DNA of 64,000 nucleotides from Ignavibacteriales bacterium (GTDB lineage: Bacteria > Bacteroidota > Ignavibacteria > UBA10030 > UBA8401). The stretch is taken from positions 16,075-80,074 of the forward strand of contig JAPLFO010000149.1 in NCBI GenBank assembly GCA_026390635.1, in the 5' to 3' direction. The position numbers and the translations under genes were made by a program. Below, piece after piece: positions 18,244 to 28,560 of this stretch. Every line of letters begins with the position of its first letter. Position 1 is the first letter of the stretch. Below the pieces are notes generated by a model that did no database searches, had not been told where the DNA came from, and was given only the letters and a program-made list of their open reading frames with translations.

Positions 18244-19200
18244 TTACTCTGCGTCCGCCGGTGCATTGTCACCCGCAGAAAATCTGTATTGAATTCCGAG
18301 GGAGAAGTACCCTGAGGCATCCAGTTGTTTCGTTGCAAGAGTGGTTGTTCCGGATAGAATAGTCAGCGTTCGTCGCGAGATCGAACCGATCTCAGTATTC
18401 AGCCCGAATGCATCCGACAGTTTTATTGCGCATCGTACTGCGATCTTTGCACCGGTTGTTCTCAATTGGAGATCGTTTGATGACACCGCATAATCGCCAT
18501 TGTTTGCGATTCGCATACGTTCCCCGGCCGCACTGATGTTCGCTTGCAGTGTAACGCTCTTGCCTGCCAGATATCGCAGCGAAAATGAAAATGGGAGAAT
18601 GACCGTGCTCGACCAATCGTCGTTGATAGTCCACCGCAGCCCCACTATTGGCAGAAGCAGATCGCGTCCAAAAAGAGCAGAATAGTTCACTCCGTACATC
18701 AAATGAAGAGGGTCGGAGAGCCGATAGGTACCCATCGCCATAAGGCGAAACCGTATCGTTGGCGGCCCGCTAATAAGTTTATCTTCCGACGTTCCCAGAC
18801 TTCCGGAGATCAGGTACAGATTTTTCGATTCTCCAATGTAAGACCAGGATCCCCCCAGCCATGCCGTTGTGATAATGCGCGGTTCGGCTATGATTGAGAG
18901 TTCTGTCGTGTTCCTGCGCAGTGATCCCGTCAGAGCAATCTGCTGGAAGGATCTTTCATCTTCTGCCAAATTTATCGAACGGTAGATCGGAACAACAGCG
19001 TTGATCCAGCTCCATCGCGATTCATACGTACCGCTGTCTGTCGCAAAGTTTGTCTGCGGAATTCGACCGAATGAAACTCCGATCATTCCGCTGAGCGGAC
19101 TGTTGTCAAGTGATTCCTGTGCGAGAGAGGATGAAGTAATCAACAAAATGGCGGCAAGAACTCGGTTCATAATGAGACTCCGGAAAAGGTTAAATGTCAT
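18244..19200 (-). CDS. Outer-membrane beta-barrel protein (DUF6268-like)
   Basis: Signal peptide; alternating beta-strand pattern; LLLPIVGLRW; terminal strand YFSLGIQYRF. Confidence 0.65.
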   Translation of the reverse strand: MTFNLFRSLIMNRVLAAILLITSSSLAQESLDNSPLSGMIGVSFGRIPQTNFATDSGTYESRWSWINAVVPIYRSINLAEDERSFQQIALTGSLRRNTTELSIIAEPRIITTAWLGGSWSYIGESKNLYLISGSLGTSEDKLISGPPTIRFRLMAMGTYRLSDPLHLMYGVNYSALFGRDLLLPIVGLRWTINDDWSSTVILPFSFSLRYLAGKSVTLQANISAAGERMRIANNGDYAVSSNDLQLRTTGAKIAVRCAIKLSDAFGLNTEIGSISRRTLTILSGTTTLATKQLDASGYFSLGIQYRFSAGDNAPADAE

Positions 19201-20558
19201 TTCACAACAATCATTCTCTTTGTCTGAACGAGGCCGGCGACGTCAAGCGTGTAGAGATAGATTCCGCTTGAAGTATGGTACTGCTGAGCATTGAACTGAA
19301 CTTGATACGTACCGGGTCCTTTGATTTCGTTGACGAGTGTAGCAATCTCTCTTCCCAGCATATCATGTACTTTCAACAGCGCATGTCCACTTGCCTCCAA
19401 CCGATACTCAATCATTGTAGAAGGATTAAACGGATTGGGATAATTTTGAAACAACCCTGATCTTTCCGGAAGGTCACAGCTCGTCTGCGTGGCGGCGTGC
19501 GTTGCTGTTTCAATAACCTTCGCCAACCGTTCCCATATCTGAGTGTTCAATGTTGTCGGGACAAGTGAATTGTCCGGCGCATCGCCCATTCGCACAAAGA
19601 CGAGACCCAAACTTGGAACGACATTGATAAGTTGGCCGTTTTTTCCCAGCGCGGCGATCATATCCTTCGGTGCTGTCGGCGTCAGATATCCCGGAAACAC
19701 TAATTGCATACCTGGAAGCATGTAGGTTGACTTTCCGTTCAACCACCAAAGGTATCCATAGGATGGATTGATGTTCTGGGATGTGTTGACCATGGCATTG
19801 AAATAGGCAGTATCGTTCAACACAACGGCTGAGCCCCATACACCGCGATTAAGAATGAGAAGACCGAATCGCGCCATGCTGCGCGGTGTGGTATACAAGA
19901 CGTTATTGTAATCATCGGAGCGGAGATACAGACCGTTCATTCCAATTTTGCTGCGAATCCGGGTCAGGTAGAACTGATTCAGAGACATTCCGGTGGATCG
20001 TTGGATGACCGAGTCAAGAAGAGTATAGGGGGCGTTATGATACGCCCACCGCGTTCCCGCATCGGCTTTGTACAGAAGACATGAACTGAGTGTACAGTCC
20101 TTATCAGGCACATCATCATCAAGACCTGCCGTCATCGTCAGTTGGTGTCGTACCGTGATGCGGCTTTCCTTCTCCGGCGATTCGCTCGTCCATCCTTTTC
20201 CCAGCCATTTCGAAGAAGTATCGGAAAGAGAAAGGAAGCCCTCGCTCCGGGCAATACCGACAAGCACTGATGTCATTGTCTTTCCGGCGGATGCCCAATA
20301 CCAGAGACTATCTTTTGTGAAAGTCCCGAAATATTTTTCAATGGCAATTTTCCCATCTTTCAAGATAAGAAATGCCCGAGTATGACTGCTATCCAGAAGG
20401 GAATACAGCGGATCGATGGCCGCGCTATTCCACCCGAAACGAGAGATCGAAACAGTATCCCACTGAGTACCGGTAGCGGGAGGGAAATAATACGTTTGCG
20501 CTGACAGGTATGAGCTGCAGAGGAAAGTAGAAAAGATACACAGAACCAATACTCTCAC
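19197..20558 (-). CDS. Secreted serine hydrolase (class C beta-lactamase-like family) with CTD
   Basis: SxxK (WASAGK), YHN, YGYLWWLN, ALGKNGQ; QNYPNPFNP. Confidence 0.88.
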   Translation of the reverse strand: MRVLVLCIFSTFLCSSYLSAQTYYFPPATGTQWDTVSISRFGWNSAAIDPLYSLLDSSHTRAFLILKDGKIAIEKYFGTFTKDSLWYWASAGKTMTSVLVGIARSEGFLSLSDTSSKWLGKGWTSESPEKESRITVRHQLTMTAGLDDDVPDKDCTLSSCLLYKADAGTRWAYHNAPYTLLDSVIQRSTGMSLNQFYLTRIRSKIGMNGLYLRSDDYNNVLYTTPRSMARFGLLILNRGVWGSAVVLNDTAYFNAMVNTSQNINPSYGYLWWLNGKSTYMLPGMQLVFPGYLTPTAPKDMIAALGKNGQLINVVPSLGLVFVRMGDAPDNSLVPTTLNTQIWERLAKVIETATHAATQTSCDLPERSGLFQNYPNPFNPSTMIEYRLEASGHALLKVHDMLGREIATLVNEIKGPGTYQVQFNAQQYHTSSGIYLYTLDVAGLVQTKRMIVVK

Positions 20559-20873
20559 ATGGATGCCTTTTCAGTCTGGAAGTGCTTCTACCTTAGACAG
20601 AACTTGAGAATAACGGTTTAATAGTGAGGTACTTCGATCTGCCGCCGCCTTCAAAGGAGGAGTCTATTCGCGGCCTCAGGATTCTGACCGGCGATTCTGG
20701 CTCAATCAAGACGGAATCCTGGAATTTTGTTGGTAACGGTGATCCGGCCGCGCGGAAGAAATTCGTTCTGGTCAGATTATTTCACTATCTTCATAACATG
20801 GGATCGATGAAACGGTTCTGCCGCCGGATACAATCGTCCCTCACACACTGTGCATTTTTCGTGTCGAGCTTTT

Positions 20874-23789
20874 ATGATTCGTATCAAAGCGTCTTGGCTC
20901 CTGTTGATCTTGGCGATATTCCCACTTGCCACCGCCAATCGATTATTCGCCGCCGAAAAGAACAGTGTCTCAGTTCCGGTATTTTCCACCCCGCGTGGCT
21001 TTTACAGCAACAGCTTTACAGTTACGGTGAGTTCCGATATTCAATCTGCGGCCATTCAATACACGCTTGATGGCTCAGATCCCAGAACTTCTCCGACGGC
21101 CATACGACACATATCTCCGGCAATTGTTTTGGTGCATCCACAAAGTACCGAAGGCGAACGGGCCAAAGCTCCCGGCTTTGTTCTTCGCGCCTGCACTGTG
21201 GCGGACGACTTCTCCGTTAGCGAACCAGTCACCCACACATACATTTTTGCCGACAACGCCGGATTGCTGTCGGTCGAAGGTGCTGTTCCAGGGCCGCACT
21301 GGCCTTCCACATCCCAATCGAGTCAATCTATTGATTATGGAATGAGTTCGACGGTCTTAAACGATATCCGATATAGAGATGTTATCAGCAACTCGCTGCG
21401 TTCAATTCCGACCATCTCCCTTTCTACGGATCTCAAGCATCTATTTGACGCTGATAGCGGCATCTATATGAATGCGATGATGGATGGCAGAACATGGGAG
21501 CGTCCTGTTTCGATTGAACTCCTCAATCCGGACGGAACGGAGGGTTTTCAAATCAACTGTGGACTTCGAATCCGCGGCGGATGGAGCCGTCACGGTGAGA
21601 ATCCAAAACATGCTTTTCGTCTTTTTTTCAGAAGCGACTACGGCTATGGAAAATTGAAATTCCCTCTTTTCGACAGCGAAGGAGCCGCGGAATTCGACAA
21701 GGTGGATCTTCGCACTGCTCAAAACTACGCCTGGAGTTATCCCGGCCACCTCGGGCAGTATAATACAATGATCAGTGAAGTCTTCTGCCGTGATCTGCAA
21801 AGAGAAATGGGGCAGCCGTATACGCGCAGCAGATTCTACCATTTGTACATCAACGGTGTCTATTGGGGAATCTATCAAACCCAGGAGCGTTCAGAGGCAA
21901 ACTATGCCGCAACATATTTTGGCGGCGCTCAAGAGGATTATGATGTCATCAAGAACGGCGATAACTATGTTGTGGAAGCGACAGACGGAAGTCTGGATGC
22001 ATATCGCACGCTGTGGAATTTCTGCTCAACAGGATTCAGCTCAAACACTATGTATTTTATGATTCAGGGATTAGCTCCTGACGGGACCAAAGATCCTCTC
22101 TATAAGACCCTCGTTGATATCGATAATCTGATAGATTATATGCTGGTCATATTCTATTCCGGCAATTTTGACAGCCCGACATCGAAGTTTGGCAATAACA
22201 AAGGGCTTAATAATTTCTATGCTGTTTATAACAGAAATGGAAACCGCGGATTTCAGTTTTTTGTCCACGATGCGGAACATACGCTTCGAACCACAGCGGG
22301 CGAGGGACCCGGGATCGGACTGTACGAGAACCGCGTAAACATCGGAGACCTGACAGACGGCTATCGAATGCTGGTTAATGATTTTTCTGTATTCCACCCG
22401 CAATGGTTGCACTTCAGATTATCGAGCAATGCTGAGTATCGCATGCGTTTTGCCGATCATGTGTACAAACATTTTTTCAACCGGGGTTGTTTGACACCGG
22501 CAAGAACAGCGGAATTGTTCCTTGCACGCGCAGCAGAAATCGATACTGCTATTATCGGCGAATCTGCACGATGGGGAAATACATACTTGTATCCGGCAGC
22601 AACGAGGGATGACACATGGAAACCCGCGATCAATGATATTGTGAAGAATTATCTCCCCAAACGGTCCTCAATCGTTTTGAGTCAGCTGCAATCCGCTTCA
22701 TTGTATCCCGCAATTCAACCGCCTCTTTTTCTCAACGGTGCGGATACGCTGCCGGGTGAAAGCATTAGAGTGTCTTCCGACTACACGCTGACACTTTCTA
22801 ATCCTAATGGATCAGCGGGCACAATACAGTACACGCTTGACAACAGTGATCCGCGGGCAATCGGAGGAACTTCCGCGCCTGAAGCAAAGCATGGCGGCAA
22901 TCGCGTCGATGTAACAATTCGTTCCACTACTGTGGTAAAAGCCCGTATTCTGAATGGAGGAACCTGGAGTGCGCTGCATGAAATTGTCCTCTTTTCAAAC
23001 GACAACGTCAGGGATCTCAAGGTTACGGAAATACACTACCATCCGTTGCCCGCTGATACGGTCAGCGGAAATGAGATCGAGTTTTTAGAATTGAAAAACA
23101 CCGGATCGTTGCCGATTAATCTATCGCAGGCGGCATTTTCCAAAGGCATTACATACACGTTCCCAACCGGTTGTGTGATTGATCCGAATGCCTTCATTGT
23201 TTTGGCTTCCAACAAAGCGGAGTTCACCAGGCGATATGCATTTCTCCCCTTTGGAGAATACGACGGTCAGCTTGATAACAGCGGCGAGAGAGTCTTGCTC
23301 ATGACCGCAGCAGCCGATACGATTTTTTCAATCCAGTACGATGATACGGCTCCATGGCCTGTTGCACCGGATACCGGGGGGTATTCACTGGTTCCAAAGG
23401 AGATAAATCCCAGAGGTGACCAAAATGACGGCTCACAGTGGCGGTCGTCGTATGCGGTGCACGGTTCTCCCGGACGGGATGATAATGTGACAGCTGTTGA
23501 AAAGACCCCGGCACCGATAGCGCCGCGGTCTTTTGCATTGTATCAAAACTATCCGAATCCATTTAATCCGATCTCAATCATCCGCTATCAGTTGCCGGCC
23601 GCAGCCCGCGTGACCCTCACCATCTATGACGTCCTTGGAAGAGAAGTAACAATGCTGGTGAATGAAATCAAAACTGCTGGAGATTATTCGGTCACATTCG
23701 ATGCGTCAAGACTATCCAGTGGAATGTATTGGGCACGACTGCAGGGCGGCCAAAATATTCAATGCAAGAAAATGATGTTGATACGATAA
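20874..23789 (+). CDS. Secreted CotH-family kinase with FN3-associated domains, LTD and CTD
   Basis: YTLDGSDP twice; GLRIRGGWSR...KHAFRLFFR; LYINGVYWGIY; EIHYHP...EFLELKN LTD; QNYPNPFNP. Start moved to MIRIK. Confidence 0.85.
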   Translation: MIRIKASWLLLILAIFPLATANRLFAAEKNSVSVPVFSTPRGFYSNSFTVTVSSDIQSAAIQYTLDGSDPRTSPTAIRHISPAIVLVHPQSTEGERAKAPGFVLRACTVADDFSVSEPVTHTYIFADNAGLLSVEGAVPGPHWPSTSQSSQSIDYGMSSTVLNDIRYRDVISNSLRSIPTISLSTDLKHLFDADSGIYMNAMMDGRTWERPVSIELLNPDGTEGFQINCGLRIRGGWSRHGENPKHAFRLFFRSDYGYGKLKFPLFDSEGAAEFDKVDLRTAQNYAWSYPGHLGQYNTMISEVFCRDLQREMGQPYTRSRFYHLYINGVYWGIYQTQERSEANYAATYFGGAQEDYDVIKNGDNYVVEATDGSLDAYRTLWNFCSTGFSSNTMYFMIQGLAPDGTKDPLYKTLVDIDNLIDYMLVIFYSGNFDSPTSKFGNNKGLNNFYAVYNRNGNRGFQFFVHDAEHTLRTTAGEGPGIGLYENRVNIGDLTDGYRMLVNDFSVFHPQWLHFRLSSNAEYRMRFADHVYKHFFNRGCLTPARTAELFLARAAEIDTAIIGESARWGNTYLYPAATRDDTWKPAINDIVKNYLPKRSSIVLSQLQSASLYPAIQPPLFLNGADTLPGESIRVSSDYTLTLSNPNGSAGTIQYTLDNSDPRAIGGTSAPEAKHGGNRVDVTIRSTTVVKARILNGGTWSALHEIVLFSNDNVRDLKVTEIHYHPLPADTVSGNEIEFLELKNTGSLPINLSQAAFSKGITYTFPTGCVIDPNAFIVLASNKAEFTRRYAFLPFGEYDGQLDNSGERVLLMTAAADTIFSIQYDDTAPWPVAPDTGGYSLVPKEINPRGDQNDGSQWRSSYAVHGSPGRDDNVTAVEKTPAPIAPRSFALYQNYPNPFNPISIIRYQLPAAARVTLTIYDVLGREVTMLVNEIKTAGDYSVTFDASRLSSGMYWARLQGGQNIQCKKMMLIR

Positions 23790-23829
23790 GGACATCTGTC
23801 CTTATCGGACGAGAAGCATCTTCCGCTTT

Positions 23830-24020
23830 TGCGCAAATCTTCTGTGGAAACCGCGTCCAGTGTATAGAAGTAGATTCCACTTGGTGTTTGAGCATTCCAC
23901 GTCGCTTGCCATTCGCCGGGCACATCATACACGTCCAGCGTCACCTTTCCGTTCTCCGGAAGAGCATAGTGAATACTCGTCGAGGGATTGAATGGATTCG
24001 GATAGTTCTGACCAATCGAA
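23830..24020 (-). pseudogene. Orphan, internally deleted CTD remnant
   Basis: GQNYPNPFNPSTSIHYALPENGKVTLDVYDVPGEWQATWNA lacks the usual GREVATLVNE segment and has no upstream passenger domain. Confidence 0.7.
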
Positions 24021-24124
24021 ATGCAGACATTTATGAATTGCTGATGATTCACAAAGAATCTATATTGCGATATGGTTTCTTCGCTGTCCACGACCGTACG
24101 ATCTGAAATATTTCTTCTCCTTGG

Positions 24125-25723
24125 GTGGCAAAAATGATATCAATCCTTCTCAAGAGCCGCAAACTATTCCTGTTTTTCTTGCTCCTGACCATCGCTCACG
24201 CACAAAACCGGCAGATCGATTCACTAAAACAACTACTCCCAACCATCAGTGGCAAAGGGCGACTTGCCGTCCTGTATGTCCTTTCCAATCAATTGGAGAA
24301 CACCTCCCCTAGAGAAGCGCGGGAATACGGTCTTGAAGGCGTTTCGCTCGCACGACAATTGGGTGATTCGTCTTCCTTGGCTACCCTTTATTCTTCGCTG
24401 GCTTTCAGTTCCAGCGAACTGGGCGATTTCGAGCAATCGCTGCAATACGGCTATCGCTCGCTTGAAATAGGCACCCTGATTCATGACAAGAGGAAGATCG
24501 CCAGCGCAAATAGCACTCTTGGCATTGCATATGTCTATGTCGGACAGTATAGCAAGGCTCTTGAGCATCATCTTGAAGCACTCCGTCTGCGCCAAGAACT
24601 CGGACTCATTATCCCGACAGCAAGTTCACTTAATAATATCGGAATTGTTTATCACAATATCGGTCAGTACGACAAAGCAATTGAGTACTACAAACGCGCA
24701 CAGGAACGCCATGGGTCATCGGTAACGGATCTTGTGAATGCCCGCTATCTTACCAACATCGGCTATTCGGAATTTAAGCGCGGTAATTTTGAGACGGCGA
24801 TGAAGTATCATACAGAGGCACTTCAGATCGCAGAGAAATCACATTATGACGGAGTGCTGGCCTATATTTATTTTAACCTCGGCATCATGCACTCGGAGAA
24901 ACAAGACTTCGAAAAAGCGCTCAGTTATCTGCTGCGCTCCTACCGCTATTATGAATCGCTTGGCCAGAAATACGGATCACTGCAAGTGCTGAATGCGATC
25001 GGAACGAATTATTACAAAACGGGTCGGTACAGCAAAGCATTTGAATATCTTGATCGGGCGGTTGTTTTGGCACGACAGATCAACGCACCGGAGCAATTGA
25101 AATCGAGTTATGAAATCCTCCATTCCATTTACGACAGAACCGGACCGACAGCAAAAGCATATCAATTCTATCGACTGTATTCCGAAGCGAAAGACTCGCT
25201 CATGAGTTCCAACGAATCAAAAAAGATCGCCGAAATTGCTATACAACACGTAACAACAGAAAAACAGCGGGAGATCGAGCTTCTCAAGAAAGAAAAGCTC
25301 ATCTCTGATCTGAATTTCGAACAAGAGGGCACCCGGACGAAAATCCTGTATGTGAGTATACTGTTGTCGGTGGTGATCAGTTCTTTTCTCTTTTTCAACT
25401 ATCGTCGGACCCACAAGACCAAACTGACAGTTGAGGAAAAGAACAAAGAACTCAATCTGCTGAACGATGAATTGACGCTGCTGAATGACAAACTGAAGTT
25501 GCTGAATGATGAATTGCAGATAAAAATGAGCGAGATCAAACTCCTCAGCGGATTGCTGCCGATCTGCGCCAATTGCAAAAAGATCCGAGATGATAATGGA
25601 AAGTGGGAACGGATGGAACAGTATATTACAAAGCACAGTGATGCGAAATTCTCCCACGGGATCTGCCCTGATTGCATGCAGTCACTGTATGGCGATGTCC
25701 TGACAAATTTCAAGCAACCGTAG
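24125..25723 (+). CDS. Membrane TPR sensor-like protein with coiled coil and C-terminal Cys/His domain; no kinase domain
   Basis: Signal peptide; multiple TPRs (SLNNIGIVYHNIGQYDKA); one TM; LLPICANCKKIRDD...FSHGICPDC. Confidence 0.8.
   Translation: MAKMISILLKSRKLFLFFLLLTIAHAQNRQIDSLKQLLPTISGKGRLAVLYVLSNQLENTSPREAREYGLEGVSLARQLGDSSSLATLYSSLAFSSSELGDFEQSLQYGYRSLEIGTLIHDKRKIASANSTLGIAYVYVGQYSKALEHHLEALRLRQELGLIIPTASSLNNIGIVYHNIGQYDKAIEYYKRAQERHGSSVTDLVNARYLTNIGYSEFKRGNFETAMKYHTEALQIAEKSHYDGVLAYIYFNLGIMHSEKQDFEKALSYLLRSYRYYESLGQKYGSLQVLNAIGTNYYKTGRYSKAFEYLDRAVVLARQINAPEQLKSSYEILHSIYDRTGPTAKAYQFYRLYSEAKDSLMSSNESKKIAEIAIQHVTTEKQREIELLKKEKLISDLNFEQEGTRTKILYVSILLSVVISSFLFFNYRRTHKTKLTVEEKNKELNLLNDELTLLNDKLKLLNDELQIKMSEIKLLSGLLPICANCKKIRDDNGKWERMEQYITKHSDAKFSHGICPDCMQSLYGDVLTNFKQP
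25448..25516 (+). repeat. Imperfect 21-bp tandem repeat (about 3 units) encoding coiled-coil heptads
   Basis: GAACTCAATCTGCTGAACGAT / GAATTGACGCTGCTGAATGAC / AAACTGAAGTTGCTGAATGAT = ELNLLND ELTLLND KLKLLND. Confidence 0.8.
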
Positions 25724-25737
25724 GCGCGGAAGGTGTC

Positions 25738-27099
25738 TCATTGAATTCTCACATGCGGCAGCAGCCTGTCGATCTTGCTGTTGAGTGTCGTTCGTGGAAT
25801 CTTGAGCAACCTTGCCGCATCGGTAACATTATTCCTGCACTGAGCGAGAGCCCATTCCAGGATCATCGTTTCCTTGCCTGAGATGTATTCTTCAAACGAC
25901 TGATAATTTGAAAATTCCTCTTTCAGGTATTTGTCCGTTGAACGCTCCGAAAGCGCCAACACCGAAATATCGATCTTGCCGCTGAAGGATAATGCAATCA
26001 TGCGCTCGACGATGTTTTCCAGTTCCCGGACATTTCCGGGCCAATGATACGACTGCAATTTGTCAAAGATTTCATTCGTGAGCAGCATGATCTTGTCTTC
26101 TGCATGATGTTTCTTGAAGAAGTATTCCACCAGCAAGGGAATATCTTCCTTGCGTTCGCGAAGCGTGGGAATCTTTATTGGAATAATGTTCAATCGATAA
26201 AAAAGATCTTCCCGGAATGTTTTATTCTCGACTTTTTTCTTCAAATCGATCTTTGTAGCACATATGATGCGAACGTCGATCGGGATGTTCTGATTTCCGC
26301 CTATATGTGTGATCTCACGCTCTTGAATAACCCTGAGCAGTTTGACCTGGACACTCAACGGAAAATCATCGACATCATCGATAAACAGCGTTCCTCTGTC
26401 TGCCCGTTCAAAATACCCGATATGCTGTTTGATTGCTCCGGTGAAGGATCCTTTTTCATGTCCGAAGAGTTCGCTTTCCAGGATGCTTTCCGGAATACTG
26501 GAGACACTCACCGTAATAAAGTTCTCATCACGACGGGAACTTGTTTTGTGCAGCGCCCGGGCGACAAGTTCTTTCCCCGTTCCGCTTTCCCCTTCGATCA
26601 ATACCGTCGAATCGTTATGCGCTATCTGGCTGATGGTATGAACCAGCGTTTTCATCGGTTGCGACAAGCCGACGATCGTCTTATTCTCAAGAGTTTGAAG
26701 CCTGTTCTTGAGTTCCAGATTCTCCGTAAGGACTTTTTGCAGCTGTTTGATGTTCCGGAGTATGGAAATCAATTTCTCAGGGGAGAATGGTTTGGTGAGA
26801 TAATCATACGCGCCGATCTTCAGCGACTGAATTGCGGTATCCACGCTCGCGTACGCCGTCATCAAAATGACTTTGCACGCCGGCTTGATAGATATAATGG
26901 ATGTCAGCACGTCGATACCGTTCAATTTCGGCAGACGCAGATCGGTGATGACAATGTCCGGATCCGCAGATTTGAAAAGCGTGAGTCCTTCCTCGCCGTT
27001 TTCGGCGGCAAAGACTTCATATCCCTCGTTCACCAGAATATCCGAGAGCGATTTCCGTGTGATTTTTTCGTCCTCAATGATCAGCAGCTTCGTCTTCAT
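25738..27099 (-). CDS. Sigma54-dependent NtrC/AtoC-family response regulator
   Basis: Receiver IIEDE...ITDLRLP; Walker A GESGTGKE; GSFTGA; FREDLFYRLN; C-terminal Fis-type HTH. Start moved to MKTKLL. Confidence 0.93.
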   Translation of the reverse strand: MKTKLLIIEDEKITRKSLSDILVNEGYEVFAAENGEEGLTLFKSADPDIVITDLRLPKLNGIDVLTSIISIKPACKVILMTAYASVDTAIQSLKIGAYDYLTKPFSPEKLISILRNIKQLQKVLTENLELKNRLQTLENKTIVGLSQPMKTLVHTISQIAHNDSTVLIEGESGTGKELVARALHKTSSRRDENFITVSVSSIPESILESELFGHEKGSFTGAIKQHIGYFERADRGTLFIDDVDDFPLSVQVKLLRVIQEREITHIGGNQNIPIDVRIICATKIDLKKKVENKTFREDLFYRLNIIPIKIPTLRERKEDIPLLVEYFFKKHHAEDKIMLLTNEIFDKLQSYHWPGNVRELENIVERMIALSFSGKIDISVLALSERSTDKYLKEEFSNYQSFEEYISGKETMILEWALAQCRNNVTDAARLLKIPRTTLNSKIDRLLPHVRIQ

Positions 27100-28549
27100 A
27101 CGCAACCGGTAATTGTATTGTGAAAATAGTTTCCACATTCTGAGTGCTCTGGACGTCTATCCGCCCGCCGTGTGATTCAATAATTCCCATGCAGACCGAT
27201 AATCCCAGCCCCGTACCTGTGCCGACGTCTTTGGTGGTGAAGAACGGGTCAAATATTTTTTTGAGATCATCCGGGGAAATCCCCGCCCCGCTATCCCGGA
27301 TCTCCATGAACACGTGTTTGCTGTCATTGTTTCCGGTGGTAATTGTGATTGAACCGTTTTTCTCGATGGCATCATAACTGTTCAATACTAGATTCATCAC
27401 CACTTCCTGAAACAAATGAGAATCGATCCGGACTTCTCCGATCTCGCCTGCAAGATCCGTCTGCACGTCGATTTGTTTCTCTTTCAGCCGAAGTTCAAAG
27501 AGATTGAGCACTTTGTGGATTGCATCATTAATATTGATGAGGCTTTCCGATGTTGACTGCTGCCGGGCGAATCCCAGAAGTTTTTTTACGATGGTTTCGA
27601 TATCCTCGATTCCTTCATTGATAAGATTGAGATATTCGCCGGTTTTCTGCCCATTGTTTGCATTCTGCTGGATCGCATACAAGCACGACTTGATACCATT
27701 CAAAGGATTATTCACCTGATGCGCAACGCCGGAAGCGAGCCTGCCGATGGAGGCGAGTTTCTCTGCCTGATAAATCTGTTTCTGCGCCTGCTCCAGTTCC
27801 TTTTTGGAACTTTCCAACCGCCCCTGTAATGATTGAAAGTGATTGTAAAAGAATCCGATCTCATCCTGTCGCCGCGGAAGCTCAATTTGCACATCCGGAG
27901 AAAAATCGATGGAATCAATGACGTGGACAAGCTGCTCCAGTGATGATGTCATCCGGCGGATGGAAATAAAAAGAATCAGAAGCACGATTGACGTAACAAG
28001 AATTGTCGCCACCAGAAGAATGATAAAAACGCTGGCAATCTCATCACGGATCGGCTGCGCATCGAACCCGATGGTGGCCGTGCCCCAGTGCTTTCCGGAA
28101 AATATCAGCGGCTGACGAACTTCCATCGTCCACCCGAACTGAGGATTATCATAGATCTTGATTTCTTTGGCATGTGCGGCAGGCGTTCCCGGATCGAACG
28201 AGAACGACGGGGCATAGTTTGAGTGATTCGTGATCTGAATAATAGATGTCCCGTTTTTGTCGAAGATGACAACATATTGTACATTGCCCAAACGGGAGAT
28301 GAAATTCTCCACATAGGTTTCAAGAATGTTCTCTTTTTTATAGACGGATTTTTCTTCAAAGATCAGCGCATCAACCACGGTCACGGCAAAGGTTCTTGAT
28401 ATGGAGACAGCATTTTCGGATTGTTTCTGAATAATGATCTCTCTCCACTTCAACAGCAGAACAAATGAGATCAGCAGCATGAGAAGCGTGATGACCGAAC
28501 CGGTGAGAAGTAATATTCTTGTCTTGAGACTGGAACGAACACTGAGCAT
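27074..28549 (-). CDS. Membrane sensor histidine kinase (2 TM, HAMP)
   Basis: EKLASIGRLASGVAHQVNNPL H-box; N, G1, F (FDPFFTTK) and G2 (GTGLGL) boxes. Confidence 0.93.
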   Translation of the reverse strand: MLSVRSSLKTRILLLTGSVITLLMLLISFVLLLKWREIIIQKQSENAVSISRTFAVTVVDALIFEEKSVYKKENILETYVENFISRLGNVQYVVIFDKNGTSIIQITNHSNYAPSFSFDPGTPAAHAKEIKIYDNPQFGWTMEVRQPLIFSGKHWGTATIGFDAQPIRDEIASVFIILLVATILVTSIVLLILFISIRRMTSSLEQLVHVIDSIDFSPDVQIELPRRQDEIGFFYNHFQSLQGRLESSKKELEQAQKQIYQAEKLASIGRLASGVAHQVNNPLNGIKSCLYAIQQNANNGQKTGEYLNLINEGIEDIETIVKKLLGFARQQSTSESLININDAIHKVLNLFELRLKEKQIDVQTDLAGEIGEVRIDSHLFQEVVMNLVLNSYDAIEKNGSITITTGNNDSKHVFMEIRDSGAGISPDDLKKIFDPFFTTKDVGTGTGLGLSVCMGIIESHGGRIDVQSTQNVETIFTIQLPVAYEDEAADH

Positions 28550-28560
28550 TCTATCCTCTG

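Noticed and set aside
26044-27123. 359-aa plus-strand ORF (likewise 12184-13023 and 43673-44497)
   Set aside because: Antisense to well-supported genes; a codon-bias artefact.
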